Assembly (NCBI GenBank): GCA_032718475.1
Contig: JAUCBJ010004524.1
Span: forward strand, 22,894-86,893
Reading direction: 5' to 3'
Length of the DNA stretch: 64,000 nucleotides
DNA from: Nemertoderma westbladi
Lineage: Eukaryota > Animalia > Xenacoelomorpha
Made by a program: the position numbers and the translations under genes
Shown: positions 39,700 through 52,317 of the stretch, in pieces
Layout of the letters: each line of letters begins with the position of its first letter
How positions within the stretch are numbered: the stretch's first letter is position 1
Notes under the pieces: generated by a model
Seen by the model: the letters and a program-made list of their open reading frames with translations, nothing else
Databases searched by the model: none
Told to the model about the DNA's origin: nothing

Positions 39700-40274
39700 A
39701 AAGCACAAAACCATACTAAGATTTTTGCTATGGGGTTTTCCTGGTCGCTGATTTCATTTCTGTGATCAGTTTAATGAAATCTTATTTGTCTGTATGTCTG
39801 TCTGTCGGTCTTTCTGACTATCCGACAATCTGTCCGTCAAATATAAGAAAAGTGCACACAATCTAGTTAAAAGTATAACTAGAGTGGTTTTCGCGGTTGC
39901 AGAATTCATTTCGAGAGTCAGTTTTAACATTTGAAGACTTTCAAATTGTCTGTTTGGCAGTCAGTCTGTCGGTTATATTTTGACAGATAGACTGACAGGC
40001 ATACAGACAGAAACGACGAGGTCAAATTTAAATATTGACATAAGAAATGAAGTCACCGACCACGAAAACCCATAGGGAATTTTTTAGACGGATAGTTTGC
40101 TTTTTATTGATGGACAGACATACTGACGGACAAACCGACTGTCAATCAGACAGACAGACTTATCTCGAGAAATAAGACAGATCTTGCTAAACGTTTTTCA
40201 AATTTGGAATCTTGATAAAAATTTGCTCTAGCTGAAACAGAAAAAAAAACAGGATGCCTGTACTACTCCGCTTA
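39700..40274. mobile_element. Non-autonomous element fragment with internal inverted repeats and (TGTC)/(GACA) tracts
   Basis: CTATGGGGTTTTCCTGGTCGCTGATTTCATTTC (39729) is inverted at 40044-40075; similar to the motifs at 13480-14120; ends near TTAA. Confidence 0.45.
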
Positions 40275-41325
40275 ATACATTAATAATTTGTGTCTACTTG
40301 CGTTTGCTTGTAATTTATATTAGTATATTATAAAAAATATTTAAATTATAAATATTAATTTTTATTGTTTCATTTATGAATGAAACAATCAAAATTTGAT
40401 TACACCCTAACAATATGAATACAATACCACCATATTATAATATTATAAAGTAATATGATACTAATAGATTGAAGTGAACACATGAAGAAACATTAATATG
40501 AATTGATATTATATTATTTATTATAATTATCGAGCAAGTTGAGTAAAAATCCTACCGGTAGGTATCCAAGGAAGGACCAAAGTATGTAAAAAACCAAAAA
40601 GCAACTGGACCTAGATGGTGGCATGCAATTAGTGATCAGCTGACGGCAGTAAGTTGACCGGTAGGTTTCGCCTCATAAAGGAAGATATTCTCGGGAGGCC
40701 AAGCCAAGAAATAACATTTAGAGTGTAGTCCAGTAACTATCCACAGGGAAGCAGCACCGCAAACTAGCGTCAATCACGTTTATGCTTGTTGATAATGGCA
40801 CGGCGCGTGCGAATATAATACATTTCAAGCTTTTGCAGAACAGGCAACAATGGGTGCAATTACTTTGAAATGTTTAAATAGCTCACGCCAGTCAGTGTAT
40901 TGGGCTCGCCACAGTGTGTCATGATGTGGTTGTGTACAGGCTTGCCTTATTCACTACCATCTTTAGCAGTCCCATCCTGGTGCTATCTTATGCGTCAAAA
41001 AGTGTTGAATAGTGTAGATAGCATAGATAGTGTCCAACATATTCCCCCTTATCAAGAGGGACAAGAGAATGAATACACAACGTTAGATGCAAGAATATTT
41101 GGGGCGGGTGTTTGAGAGATTGGAGCGACTGGCGTGTGTGCACGACGTTGGTATGAGACCACGCAACCATCGCACAAATAGATCGGTTGCCCGACCGCGG
41201 TACTCAAACCTACCGATAATGGACCTGGAAACGTCAGCAGTTGCAAGATCCAATGGGTCATTGACCTCGGGGGAACAACCGCTGATATCCCGTCCTCAAG
41301 ACTACTGCTTGCACGCCACCTAGCG

Positions 41326-41694
41326 GCTCGCACGCCCACTATGTCAGCTCGCTTTGGATCATCGCAGCTCGCACGCCCACTATGTGAGCTCGCTTTGGAT
41401 CATCGCAGCTCGCTCGCCCACTATGTGAGCTCGCTTTGGATCATCGCAGCTCGCTCGCCCACTATGTGAGCTCGCTTTGGATCATCACAGCTCGCTCGCC
41501 CACTATGTGAGCTAGCTTTGGATCATCGCAGCTCGCACGCCCACTATGTCAGCTCGCTTTGGATCATCGCAGCTCGCTCGCCCACTATGTGAGCTCGCTT
41601 TGGATCATCACAGCTCGCTCGCCCACTATGTGAGCTAGCTTTGGATCATCGCAGCTCGCACGCCCACTATGTGAGCTCGCTTTGGATCATCGCA
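41326..41694. repeat. 41-bp minisatellite, ~9 copies
   Basis: GCTCGC(A/T)CGCCCACTATGTGAGCTCGCTTTGGATCATCGCA repeats. Confidence 0.96.
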
Positions 41695-41699
41695 TCATT

Positions 41700-41910
41700 A
41701 TATTCTTGTGAATGTGCAATCCAAAATTTTGGTATCCTCAGCAGTTAGAGCCTAGCATTATTGACTCCCATATAAGAGTACTGGTACTACTGCTGCCCTA
41801 AATAATCGAACCTTGAGGTTCCGTTTTATTCTATGGGACTTCCAAATCCTGGACAGACTACTAAATGCTGCCCATGCCTTCCCCTTACGTATCCGAAGGT
41901 CTTCACCCTC
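41700..41910 (-). mobile_element. Short RTE-like fragment, same family as 25945-27555
   Basis: GEDLRIRKGKAWAA..LSRIWKS...LKVRLFRAAVVPVLLYGS is nearly identical at protein level to 26950-27095. Confidence 0.88.
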
Positions 41911-42323
41911 ATAAAGTATTGTATTATAACTATGTACTTGGGTGCGATATCTATATCTTTTAATAACTGGTCGAGACAATAGTCACTCAAAACGAACAGA
42001 GACGGTACAGTGGAATATATATATCTTGATATCATAGTCATATAATGTAAACATCGCTGGTTGATAGGGGGCCTATGGAGATCCTATTGGACTTAGCAAC
42101 GGTTGTCATGATAACTATGATTCGAAACCAATTTGAATAAACTTGATATACTGGGGGTAGACTCACAGTAGTCCTAAAATGCTAAAATTTGTGTTAGATT
42201 GGCAATCATCGATTGAGACCAATTTGGTGTAAATACTCGAGATATTGAGTGTGTATAACAGCGGTCGCTAGGGTCTCAGTCACTGTCGACATTGAAACAC
42301 GTTTTATTCAAATTGCTCAAGGC

Positions 42324-45300
42324 TGAGAGAGCGACACCTTCCCTAATATCGATTAGTATGGTATTGTGTGAGAGAGCGACACCCTCCCTAATATCGATTA
42401 GTATGGTATTGTGTGAGAGAGCGACACCCTCCCTAATATCGATTAGTATGGTATTGTGTGAGAGAGCGACACCCTCCCTAATATCGATTAGTATGGTATT
42501 GTGTGAGAGAGCGACACCCTCCCTAATATTGATTAGTATGGTATTGTGTGAGAGAGCGACACCCTCCCTAATATCGATTAGTATGGTATTGTGTGAGAGA
42601 GCGACACCCTCCCTAATATCGATTAGTATGGTATTGTGTGAGAGAGCGTCACCCTCCCAAATATCGATTAGTATGGTATTGTGTGAGAGAGTGACACCCT
42701 CCCTAATATCGATTAGTATGGTATTGTGTGAGAGAGCGACACCCTCCCTAATATCGATTAGTATGGTATTGTGGTACTGAGAAACCGACACCTTCCCTAA
42801 TATCGATTAGTATGGTATTGTGTGAGAGAGCGACACCCTCCCTAATATCGATTAGTATGGTATTGTGTGAGAGAGCGACACCCTCCCTAATATCGATTAT
42901 TATGGTATTGTGTGAGAGAGCGACACCCTCCCTAATATCGATTAGTATGGTATTGTGTGAGAGAGCGACACCCTCCCAAATATCGATTAGTATGGTATTG
43001 TATGAGAGAGCGACACCCTCCCAAATATCGATTAGTATGGTATTGTGTGAGAGAGCGACACCCTCCCTAATATCGATTATTATGGTATTGTGTGAGAGAG
43101 CGACACCCTCCCTAATATCGATTAGTATGGTATTGTGTGAGAGAGCGACACCCTCCCAAATATCGATTAGTATGGTATTGTATGAGAGAGCGACACCCTC
43201 CAAAATATCGATTAGTATGGTATTGTGTGAGAGAGCGACACCCTCCCTAATATCGATTAATATGGTATTGTGTGAGAGAGCGACACCCTCCCTAATATCG
43301 ATTAGTATGGTATTGTGGTACTGAGAAACCGACACCCTCCCTAATATCGATTAGTATGGTATTGTGTGAGAGAGCGACACCCTCCCTAATATCGATTAGT
43401 ATGGTATTGTGTGAGAGAGCGAAACCATCCCTAATATCGATTAGTATGGTATTGTGTGAGAGAGCGACACCCTCCCTAATATCGATTAGTATGGTATTGT
43501 GTGAGAGAGCGACACCCTCCCTAATATCGATTAGTATGGTATTGTGTGAGAGAGCGAAACCATCCCTAATATCGATTAGTATGGTATTGTGTGAGAGAGC
43601 GACACCCTCCCTAATATCGATTAGTATGGTATTGTGTGAGAGAGCGACACCCTCCCTAATATCGATTAGTATGGTATTGTGTGAGAGACCGACACCCTCC
43701 CTAATATCGATTAGTATGGTATTGTGTGAGAGAGCGACACCCTCCCTAATATCGATTAGTATGGTATTGTGTGAGAGAGTGACACCCTCCCTAATATCGA
43801 TTAGTATGGTATTGTGTGAGAGTGCGACACCCTCCCTAATATCGATTAGTATGGTATTGTGTGAGAGAGCAACACCCTCCCTAATATCGATTATTATGGT
43901 ATTGTGTGAGAGAGCGACACCCTTCCTAATATCGATTAGTATGGTATTGTGGTACTGAGAAACCGACACCCTCCCTAATATCGATTAGTATGGTATTGTG
44001 TGAGAGAGCGACACCCTCCCTAATATCGATTAGTATGGTATTGTGTGAGAGAGCGACACCCTCCCTAATATTGATTAGTATGGTATTGTGTGAGAGAGCG
44101 ACACCCTCCCTAATATCGATTAGTATGGTATTGTGTGAGAGAGCGACACACTCCCTAATATCGATTAGTATGGTATTGTGTGAGAGAGCGAAACCATCCC
44201 TAATATCGATTAGTATGGTATTGTGTGAGAGAGCGACACCCTCCCTAATATCGATTAGTATGGTATTGTGTGAGAGTGCGACACCCTCCCTAATATCGAT
44301 TAGTATGGTATTGTGTGAGAGAGCGACACCCTCCCTAATATCGATTAGTATGGTATTGTGTGAGAGAGCGAAACCATCCCTAATATCGATTAGTATGGTA
44401 TTGTGTGAGAGAGCGACACCCTCCCTAATATCGATTAGTATGGTATTGTGTGAGAGAGCGACACCCTCCCTAATATCGATTAGTATGGTATTGTGTGAGA
44501 GAGCGACACCCTCCTAAATATCGATTAGTATGGTATTGTGTGAGAGAGCGACACCCTCCCAAATATCGATTAGTATGGTATTGTGTGAGAGAGCAACACC
44601 CTCCCTAATATCGATTAATATGGTATTGTGTGAGAGAGCGACACCCTCCCAAATATCGATTAGTATGGTATTGTGTGAGAGAGCGACACCCTCCCAAATA
44701 TCGATTAGTATGTCCGACTTTTTAATCAATAGTACCAATTTTTTCATTTTTATATGTCAATATAATAAAGCAAAATGCCAACAAATATATACTACACGAT
44801 ACATTTAGCATTTACGGGGGAAATTCAAACTATTTTTAATATTATTAATTAATCCTGTCCGTCGCAGCAGTCTGTCAGTGGTAACTGAACTACCCAACTG
44901 AACTACCCAGCAACCCCGCAGTCCGTATCCGCGTTCGCCAGCCGTATGGAGGTGTCCAATATCGATTAGTATGGTATTGTGTGAGAGAGCAACACCCTCC
45001 CTAATATCGATTAGTATGGTATTGTGTGAGAGAGCGACACCCTCCCTAATATCGATTAGTATGGTATTGTGTGAGAGAGCGACACCCTCCCAAATATCGA
45101 TTAGTATGGTATTGTGGTACTGAGAAACCGACACCCTCCCTAATATCGATTAGTATGGTATTGTGTGAGAGACCGACACCCTCCCTATTATCGATTAGTA
45201 TGGTATTGTGGTACTGAGAGAGCGACACCCTCCCTAATATCGATTAGTAAGGTATTGTGTGAGAGAGCGACACCCTCCCTAATATCGATTAGTATGGTAT

Positions 45301-45526
45301 TGCGTGAGAGAGCGACACCCTCCCTAATATCGATTAGTATGGTATTGTGTGAGAGAGCGACACCCTCCCTAATATCGATTAGTATGGTATTGTGTGAGAG
45401 AGCGACACCCTCCCTAATATCGATTAATATGGTATTGTGTGAGAGAGCGACACCCTCCCTAATATCGATTAGTATGGTATTGTGTGAGAGAGCGACACCC
45501 TCCCTAATATCGATTAGTAAGGTATT
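42324..45526. repeat. 45-bp satellite, roughly 65 copies, interrupted at 44713-44956
   Basis: TGAGAGAGCGACACCCTCCCTAATATCGATTAGTATGGTATTGTG units; occasional longer variants containing GGTACTGAGAAACC. Confidence 0.98.
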
Positions 45527-46639
45527 ATATTGTGGTTATGAAACTGATGAGACATTTTATGGGTATAAAATTGCACGGTTCATCACTCTGCTGCAGGTCA
45601 CAAATTGTAACATTTGTAGTTTCCTGCACCGTTACACCGTTACCTGCACCATTACAGTCTCAAAGTGGGGCTTACGGAATATATTATAGCAATTTATCAA
45701 CAAGTCGGTCAGATGTATAGATAGAGTTAAATTTCTGGAAAATATAGTGTTGCAACGTCCGGAGTGATGCTGGTTCCGAAACACTAAAAAACTTCAATGA
45801 CAGTTGTGACGTGTTGATTTCGTTAGCTATACAAACAGACAGACAGACAAACTGAGGATTTTTATATACATAGGATACCTGGTTTGAGATTGAGGATTGT
45901 CCAGGATTTGATATTAAATTGCGGGTTTTAGGTTTTTAAGGGTATATGTCAGTCAATATTTGACCAGATATTTTTGTTTAACAAAGTATAATATGGAGAG
46001 AATCTGTAGTTCAACATGACCAGAATATTTTATATGGTAATCAACCATCATAAAGAAAGACAGACATCTGGCTGTTTTCTTTGTTGTATTGTTAATGATA
46101 ACTTTCTTAACCATGTGTCCCACTATAATATATGTAATTGTCCAATATTATCCAAGTATAATTTAAGATTTCTAAATAAAAATATAATTTAAGCTATTAT
46201 GTCGGACATTCAGTAATCATAATATTAACTTAAGGATGCATGAAATAAATCAATTATCCAGGACCACGGCACGACCATCTACTATTCAGTAGAACTGGTT
46301 TGTCTCCTATCTGCACTAGAACATATATATTGAGTATATTGCGCAACTTGAAAGAGTGTCTCCATGTAATATACCAAATACCGCTTACAGTCCCTCAACA
46401 TTCATATCATGATGGAGACAGATATTGTTGCGAATGAAGTGAATGGACGAGGTCGGGTTTGGCTGGCAGGGTGAGGAAGTCTATAGACCAACCCGATTGC
46501 ATTCCAACATAGAAGAGAATGATGGCTATATTGGCATATGCCCTACCATTACCTACGAGTCTCACTATTTGATCCACTGACAGAAGACCCGCTGACAGCG
46601 CGACAGATGATGGACGAACATAGTAGATCATATTAACAT

Positions 46640-46900
46640 AAATATGTCGGCCCAAACCACTAGGATGCATAGCGAACCAAACTCTGCAACGTGCAAGATT
46701 TCGCGATTAGCCACTTAAGTGCACAATTACTGATTGTCTTTACTTTTCTGACTAGATTTTAAACCAACATAGGATGCTGCCTGTTCTAGACTGCTGAGAA
46801 GACTTTGGGATCCATTGAATGATTCTCGCATTAAACACAGATTTTCAAACAAATCACCAGAATAAATTTGACACAGACACGTGTTACGTTATCAATGAAA
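46640..46900 (-). mobile_element. Highly degraded RTE-like fragment
   Basis: Minus strand gives LLSSLEQAASYVGLK, matching LLSSLEHAASSVGL at ~26765-26806. Confidence 0.55.
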
Positions 46901-47450
46901 GCCGAAAATGAGATACTGGCCAATTGTCCATGTAGCGGTTTGTTCATATGTCTACAAAGTATATGGATTTATGGGTAGTTACAGTACTAGGCCTACTTAA
47001 AATTTATTATGTTTAACTTAATTAGGCCTAGTTACATTAATACTCAAATTTAAAAATAATTTTATTAGTCTATATTTTCTATGGACTTCATTATTCACTG
47101 AACATAAAAGTGAAACATAATAGCTTCTTAATGTTGCAATATTGAAATACATAGATCTTACATAAATTGGATGCTAAGAAATTATTATCTCCGCCGGGCG
47201 GCTCTAACTTTGTATAAACCAAATCTATTATACAGTATGATATAGGTGGGGTTCGCATTTGGCCATACAATATAGGCCTACTACTGTATTATTGAGAGTA
47301 ACAATGTGTTGGCAAGCTGTGTTTTTCGAGGTGTTTGTTATTATAGACATCGAAAAACACAGCTTGCCAACACATTGTTACTATGAATAATAAGAAACCA
47401 GGGGCTAATAAAATGGCAGTTAGCTTTGAAATTAATACTCCATATCTCAA

Positions 47451-47513
47451 GAACCTGTGGCCTAGTGGTTGTTGTCTCGGCTTCCACCTCGAGGTCCCAG
47501 GTTCGAATCCGAC
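47451..47513 (+). promoter_or_regulatory. tRNA-derived Pol III internal promoter (SINE head)
   Basis: A box TGGCCTAGTGG (47458-47468) and B box GGTTCGAATCC (47500-47510) at tRNA-like spacing; acceptor stem not intact. Confidence 0.8.
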
Positions 47514-47556
47514 ACCACGCTGAAGAGACCCAGTAAGGTCGAAACGCGTACGTGGT
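47514..47556 (+). ncRNA. Minimal type I hammerhead ribozyme (Penelope/retrozyme-type)
   Basis: Stem I ACCACG/CGTGGT; core CTGAAGA; stem II GACC-CAGTAA-GGTC; GAAA; palindromic stem III ACGCGT; cleavage triplet GTA (47548-47550). Confidence 0.85.
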
Positions 47557-50542
47557 TTGGAGAGATATGAGATATTAATTTCAATAAAAATTACGCGATA
47601 CCTAAATTTGTACACTACCCGGTTAAAAAGTAATTCCCACAATTGCGCCAATAAAAGAGTTACTTTCGGTAAAATAAACTTATCATTCGAGGTTAAGACA
47701 CTCCAGTATTAGTTTTAGCTAGATTGCACTGCAGAGTACTGTAGGCCTTCAAACTGATAATGCCCTTTATACGCGGAAACCATTTTTACTCACCATAACA
47801 CATGTAATGGTTCTGGTTTCTTCTGTAGCCCCACTTCTGAATGATTATAGAGACATTGCTCGATACTGTACTACTGTGGGGCGAGCGACGAAAGTAAGTG
47901 AGCTTAGCATACAGGTACCACTAACTCAATCGGTGTTTCTGTTGATCTGTTGTTCTGTCGATCTGTCGTTCTGTTGTTCTGTCATTCTGTCGTGTCCAAA
48001 TTTAAACGTTAATAACTCAGCCAAAAGTTAATGAAATTTAACCAAACTTGGTACACATGTCAAACTTGGTACACATGTAGTCTGGCCAAAGTTTAGAAAT
48101 TTTCCAAGTTGAATTTGCGTGGGGTCTTCGTGCAGCATCTGTGTAACTGTCTAAAAGTTATAATAAATTAATCTACCCAAAATTATTAGGCTTGGCATCA
48201 GCTGGTTGCTAGGAGACTACAGGATTACAGTACGGTACCGGTACTGTTAACTGTTACAGTGGTACAGAGTTACAGGTACCGTCTTCAGGTCGTTGGTCGT
48301 TGGCAAGGCCATCTGAACAACTTTTGCATCTAAACAGCTTCCGACAGTCCGATGTATCCGGACCCAAGCAGCCAAGTGGCATTAAGATGCGATTAACTGA
48401 GGAATAAATACTACGGAATTGCTTGCTTGTCAGTAAGATTCTATTTACTACACTGGGAATATGGCGGTCGGTTGGATCGTAATGTGGGCCACTGCCAAGT
48501 TCCTCATGCCTCACTCATGCCACCCACCTTGGAGTGCAGTGGGAAGAGTCCGACTTACGTCAACGACTGGACGAATCAATGAGGATTGCGATTTGGGTTT
48601 AGCGGCGGCCCTGACAGCCGGATCCTGGGATCGCCTGGTGGAAATTGTTGAAAGTCGGGCAGACGAGTATCGTACCGGATTACGTTCTCTGTCACGCAAA
48701 AGTGTGAGGCTAATTCGTTGTCGAATTGGGTCGGAAGCTGCGGGAATTCTACTGTTCTACGGGAATAAACCGCAGCTGTCCAGTGACTACGGACAGATAC
48801 TGGGATGAGCAGGTATTTCGATCAAGTTTCTCGTATTCTCAATTTTCTTGAATTCTCGATATTTCCTATAAACCACATGGCTTCGCATATTGAACGTGTG
48901 ATTGGAAATAAGTTTGTTCTACCCTTCCGCCCCTTGGGTGGTAGATGTCACAGTTATGTATTGGTTGGTAGGAAGGGGGGGGGGGGGGGGGGGTGCAGAT
49001 TAAAAGGGCTGAACACGTACTGTCCCCCTTTCTTTGATTGATTGTCAGTATGGTTAAATTTCTCAAATACTGATTTTGTTATACAGTCGCTCAGTTTTAA
49101 TTTTTATCTCATAACTGGGCCTCGTCCTGCGCGAAGGCCCCACGAACGTGTTTGTTCAACATACCTTCAGCAATCAAAGTATGGAATTTGTGTGTCGGAG
49201 ATGTTTTGCGAACACAAGTCAAGTCTAGTCCATAAGAAGATCAGTCTAGTAGATTGGACACAGATAAATATTTTCTTCAATATAATTTCAAACGCGACAA
49301 CATCATTAAGAACATGAAAGTAACACATAATAGACAAAATGAATGAATACCTGAAAAAGGGATATGATGTTAATTTGAAAATGAGATGCCAGTTTTGTGG
49401 CCTCTGGGGCCATTTTGATTGCTTAAAATGGTCGTCGCTTTTCAGCAACAATCGCATTTCGGAAGAAAAATGCGCATATAAGCAAAAAGATGCGATTCGG
49501 CCAAAAAAAAGTGCTTTTTGGTAAAAATTGGGTGTGAACGCTACGCTGACAACCGACAGCCGACAACCACTGCCAACAACAGCAAAAATGAAAATGTAAC
49601 CTGAGTTCGTGACTCTTTTTGCCACGAACGTGAGCAACCTACCATTTTTTTAATCGGTAACATAGATTTAGTTACCATATAAGGCCCCATCATTCTGTGG
49701 TCTGACGTCTGTTTGGGATAGGTGGTAACAGAGTTGATTGGTACGATTATTTTAGGTCATTGGAGTATATAGATAGGGTCTGGCTAATGTTCTGTCCAGC
49801 TCAAGAGGTGTCGGAGATTAGCAGCATTCTTTGACACCGAAACGTAACATATATTTTACAAATTAATTATTTTTGCCCCAGTTCAACCCATTTTGCGGCG
49901 AGAAAAATGTCATATATTTTCTTATAGAATATAGGCTTAGATTTCGTGTAGTTTATTATCGGTATCATTTAATGTATGGGAGATAGGTTTAGGGTGAGGG
50001 TTGCTATACATACCTGTATATTGAGCATGTTTATTATATTTCTTTTTGTTTGTTGTTTTTTGTTTGTTTCAATTGTGTATTCTAATAGCCCTACGCTGAG
50101 TACTATTTTGGAATTAATGTCCTGATTCTATATTTTTTGTAGTTTGTGTTGTGGTGTATAAGAGTAAGACTCTTGTGTTTACCTTTTAGTTAATATATAT
50201 ATAACAAGCCTCCGTTCGTCTGTATGTTGTTATCTTTTATAATAAGATTCTGGGGGGGGGGGGATAAATAACAAGATGGTATGCCAGTACACACACCTAC
50301 TGACCGTATTTTATTTCTTTTATTTATATTTAATTATATTATGTTCTGGGTTACCTTTAAATATCTTCCCGATAATGAATGGCAAAAGCCAAGCAATACA
50401 ACCTCTAGTCCTATTTACTGTTGTGGTAAGAGATTAAATAATAATATGTAAGTTCAAAATATAATTTATAGAGACATAAATGTTATATATATTAATCTTA
50501 GAAAATATTAAATCCAACACGATCGGTGTTGGTAACAATAAA

Positions 50543-51174
50543 TGTTATGGTAACGGAGTTGTGTGCTCGCATGCCGTACCATAAACTTTAGATTGCGTGA
50601 CTGTCGTAGTTGCCCTGGCTCGGTATAAACCATTCGTACAATTGAAAGAGTTAGTCTGTAGACAAGAGAAGTAGAAAGAGATTTTCTGTAGACTATAGTA
50701 TGTTTATTGATCGTTAAATGTTATCGATACTTGACTGAATATATTAGTATGACTGCATGATTATCTGTACTATTAGGTATTACACTTCTGCACTGCATGC
50801 GGTTGCGATAGGCCTACTAATTAGTTCGCTATCGATCTAAACTGTCTGCACAACTAGTTAATTACTGGGCTACAAATAAGTTGTATACCCATAACCAACA
50901 TTGGTTTATTGCCTGCACATTTAGTAGGCTGTGATTGGACCTCTCATATATCTTGTATATTCCTACCTACATATTGCACAATGGAAGTTTCCCGTGTAAG
51001 TTAGCGAGGCTACTTCCCCATACTTGTGTAATAGGTTTGGTGCCAACCAAACCTATTATTGCTTTCTTGTATTGATGTATCTTTCTTCTACTTTGTATTG
51101 ACTTCCCTCCTGTTGACTGCTTTCCTATATTGCTTAAAAACATTTGGCTGCATTTGGGTGCTACTGTCGTAACA
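50543..51174 (-). repeat. 3' LTR (632 bp)
   Basis: TGTTATGGTAAC...GTAACA; diverged direct repeat of 57487-58125. Confidence 0.9.
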
Positions 51175-51779
51175 CCCGTTTGAGAATTATGGTTGGGGTG
51201 GGTTAACTTTTAGGTCCCAGACTGCCAGTCTGTGCCTTTTATTGGATCCTTTGATCTCTCTCATTATGATACCTGCATCAGACAGTATCACAAGGTTATG
51301 TAGAGCCTACTCGCATCCTCCTCTATCTCATAATTTTGTGGTGCTTTCATATTTTGCCCAACTCTTTTTACTTCACCTTTCTCACTCTCCCCCCATCCAC
51401 ATATTCTCTACCCTCATTAGCTACCCCCATTCACTTGATAATCCTTTTCACACGCCTAATTACATTTATAAGATTGGTGCACCAATACCATAAATATTAA
51501 TTTGGTCGTATATTGCGTCTCCTCAGTTGCTAATTGTGAAAACAAATGGATCCAACTTTATTATTATTTAATTACCAATTACTAATATTAGACTCTACTT
51601 AAGTGCTAAAATAATCAACTGTCTATTCCTATTATCCTTCTAGTCCAATATCCTCTTACGGCCATCTTCAACCACTGTATTCCTTTCCCCACTGCAATCC
51701 GTCCTTCACTCGCTCGTGCAAACCTGTCCTCCCTGGCTTTTCTTTCCTCTCTTCTAGGTCATATGCCCTGCAAATACAA

Positions 51780-52300
51780 TTGGCTGACGGTCCCTCCTTC
51801 CTTATGTCCTCCGCATGAGCATGAGCTCATCCTTATCCTTGTCATAGTCTCCCTCATCTCCCTCGGCAGATGCTCCCTGAGAAACTTTTGTAGTTCCCAC
51901 CTGTTTTCCTGACTCCATCCATTCAGAATTCTTTGCAGGTGAAGAACCTTCCCATCTTTGGGCACCGCCATCAGCTCCCAATAACTGAACGGTTCCTTGC
52001 GTATATTGCCGATAGGATTTCCCTGCTGAGGTTAAAGAAACCCATTTGCATGTCTTTAACTTTAATCTCTCGCATGACATTCCACCATTGTCCGCATGTG
52101 TTTCGAATACCCGCAACATCGTTTGTGCATCTGCAGAACCACAGTCTGACTCCATGTGTCCTCAGAAGAGGCAGATGCTGCACCGATTATGTAGGGTAGG
52201 TATTATCCAAATCAAAACCCACTATTGTTACAGTAGAGGCACTTCATCCCCATCGTGTACTGATGCAGGCAATCCTTATGTTTGTGGGTTTTCCTACCAC
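51780..52300 (-). pseudogene. Accessory ORF remnant: zinc knuckles plus conserved C-terminal domain
   Basis: DCLHQYTMGMKCLYC..PTLHNRCSICLF*GHMESDC..RVFETHADNG..MGFFNL..LQRILNGWSQENRWELQKFLREHLPREM aligns with 8680-9110. Confidence 0.75.
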
Positions 52301-52317
52301 AATTTATCATAATTTAC

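Noticed and set aside
41326-41694. CRISPR-like array
   Set aside because: Contiguous 41-bp units without spacers.
45544-45580. CTGATGA followed by a stem-loop (possible hammerhead)
   Set aside because: No GAAA core or stems I/III follow.
42276-45689. 15-aa repeat ORFs on both strands; CRISPR-like appearance
   Set aside because: Head-to-tail 45-bp satellite with no unique spacers and no cas genes; the ORFs arise because the unit length is a multiple of 3.
47451-47525. Functional tRNA gene
   Set aside because: A/B boxes are present but the acceptor stem does not pair, and the 3' end runs into a hammerhead; SINE-like instead.
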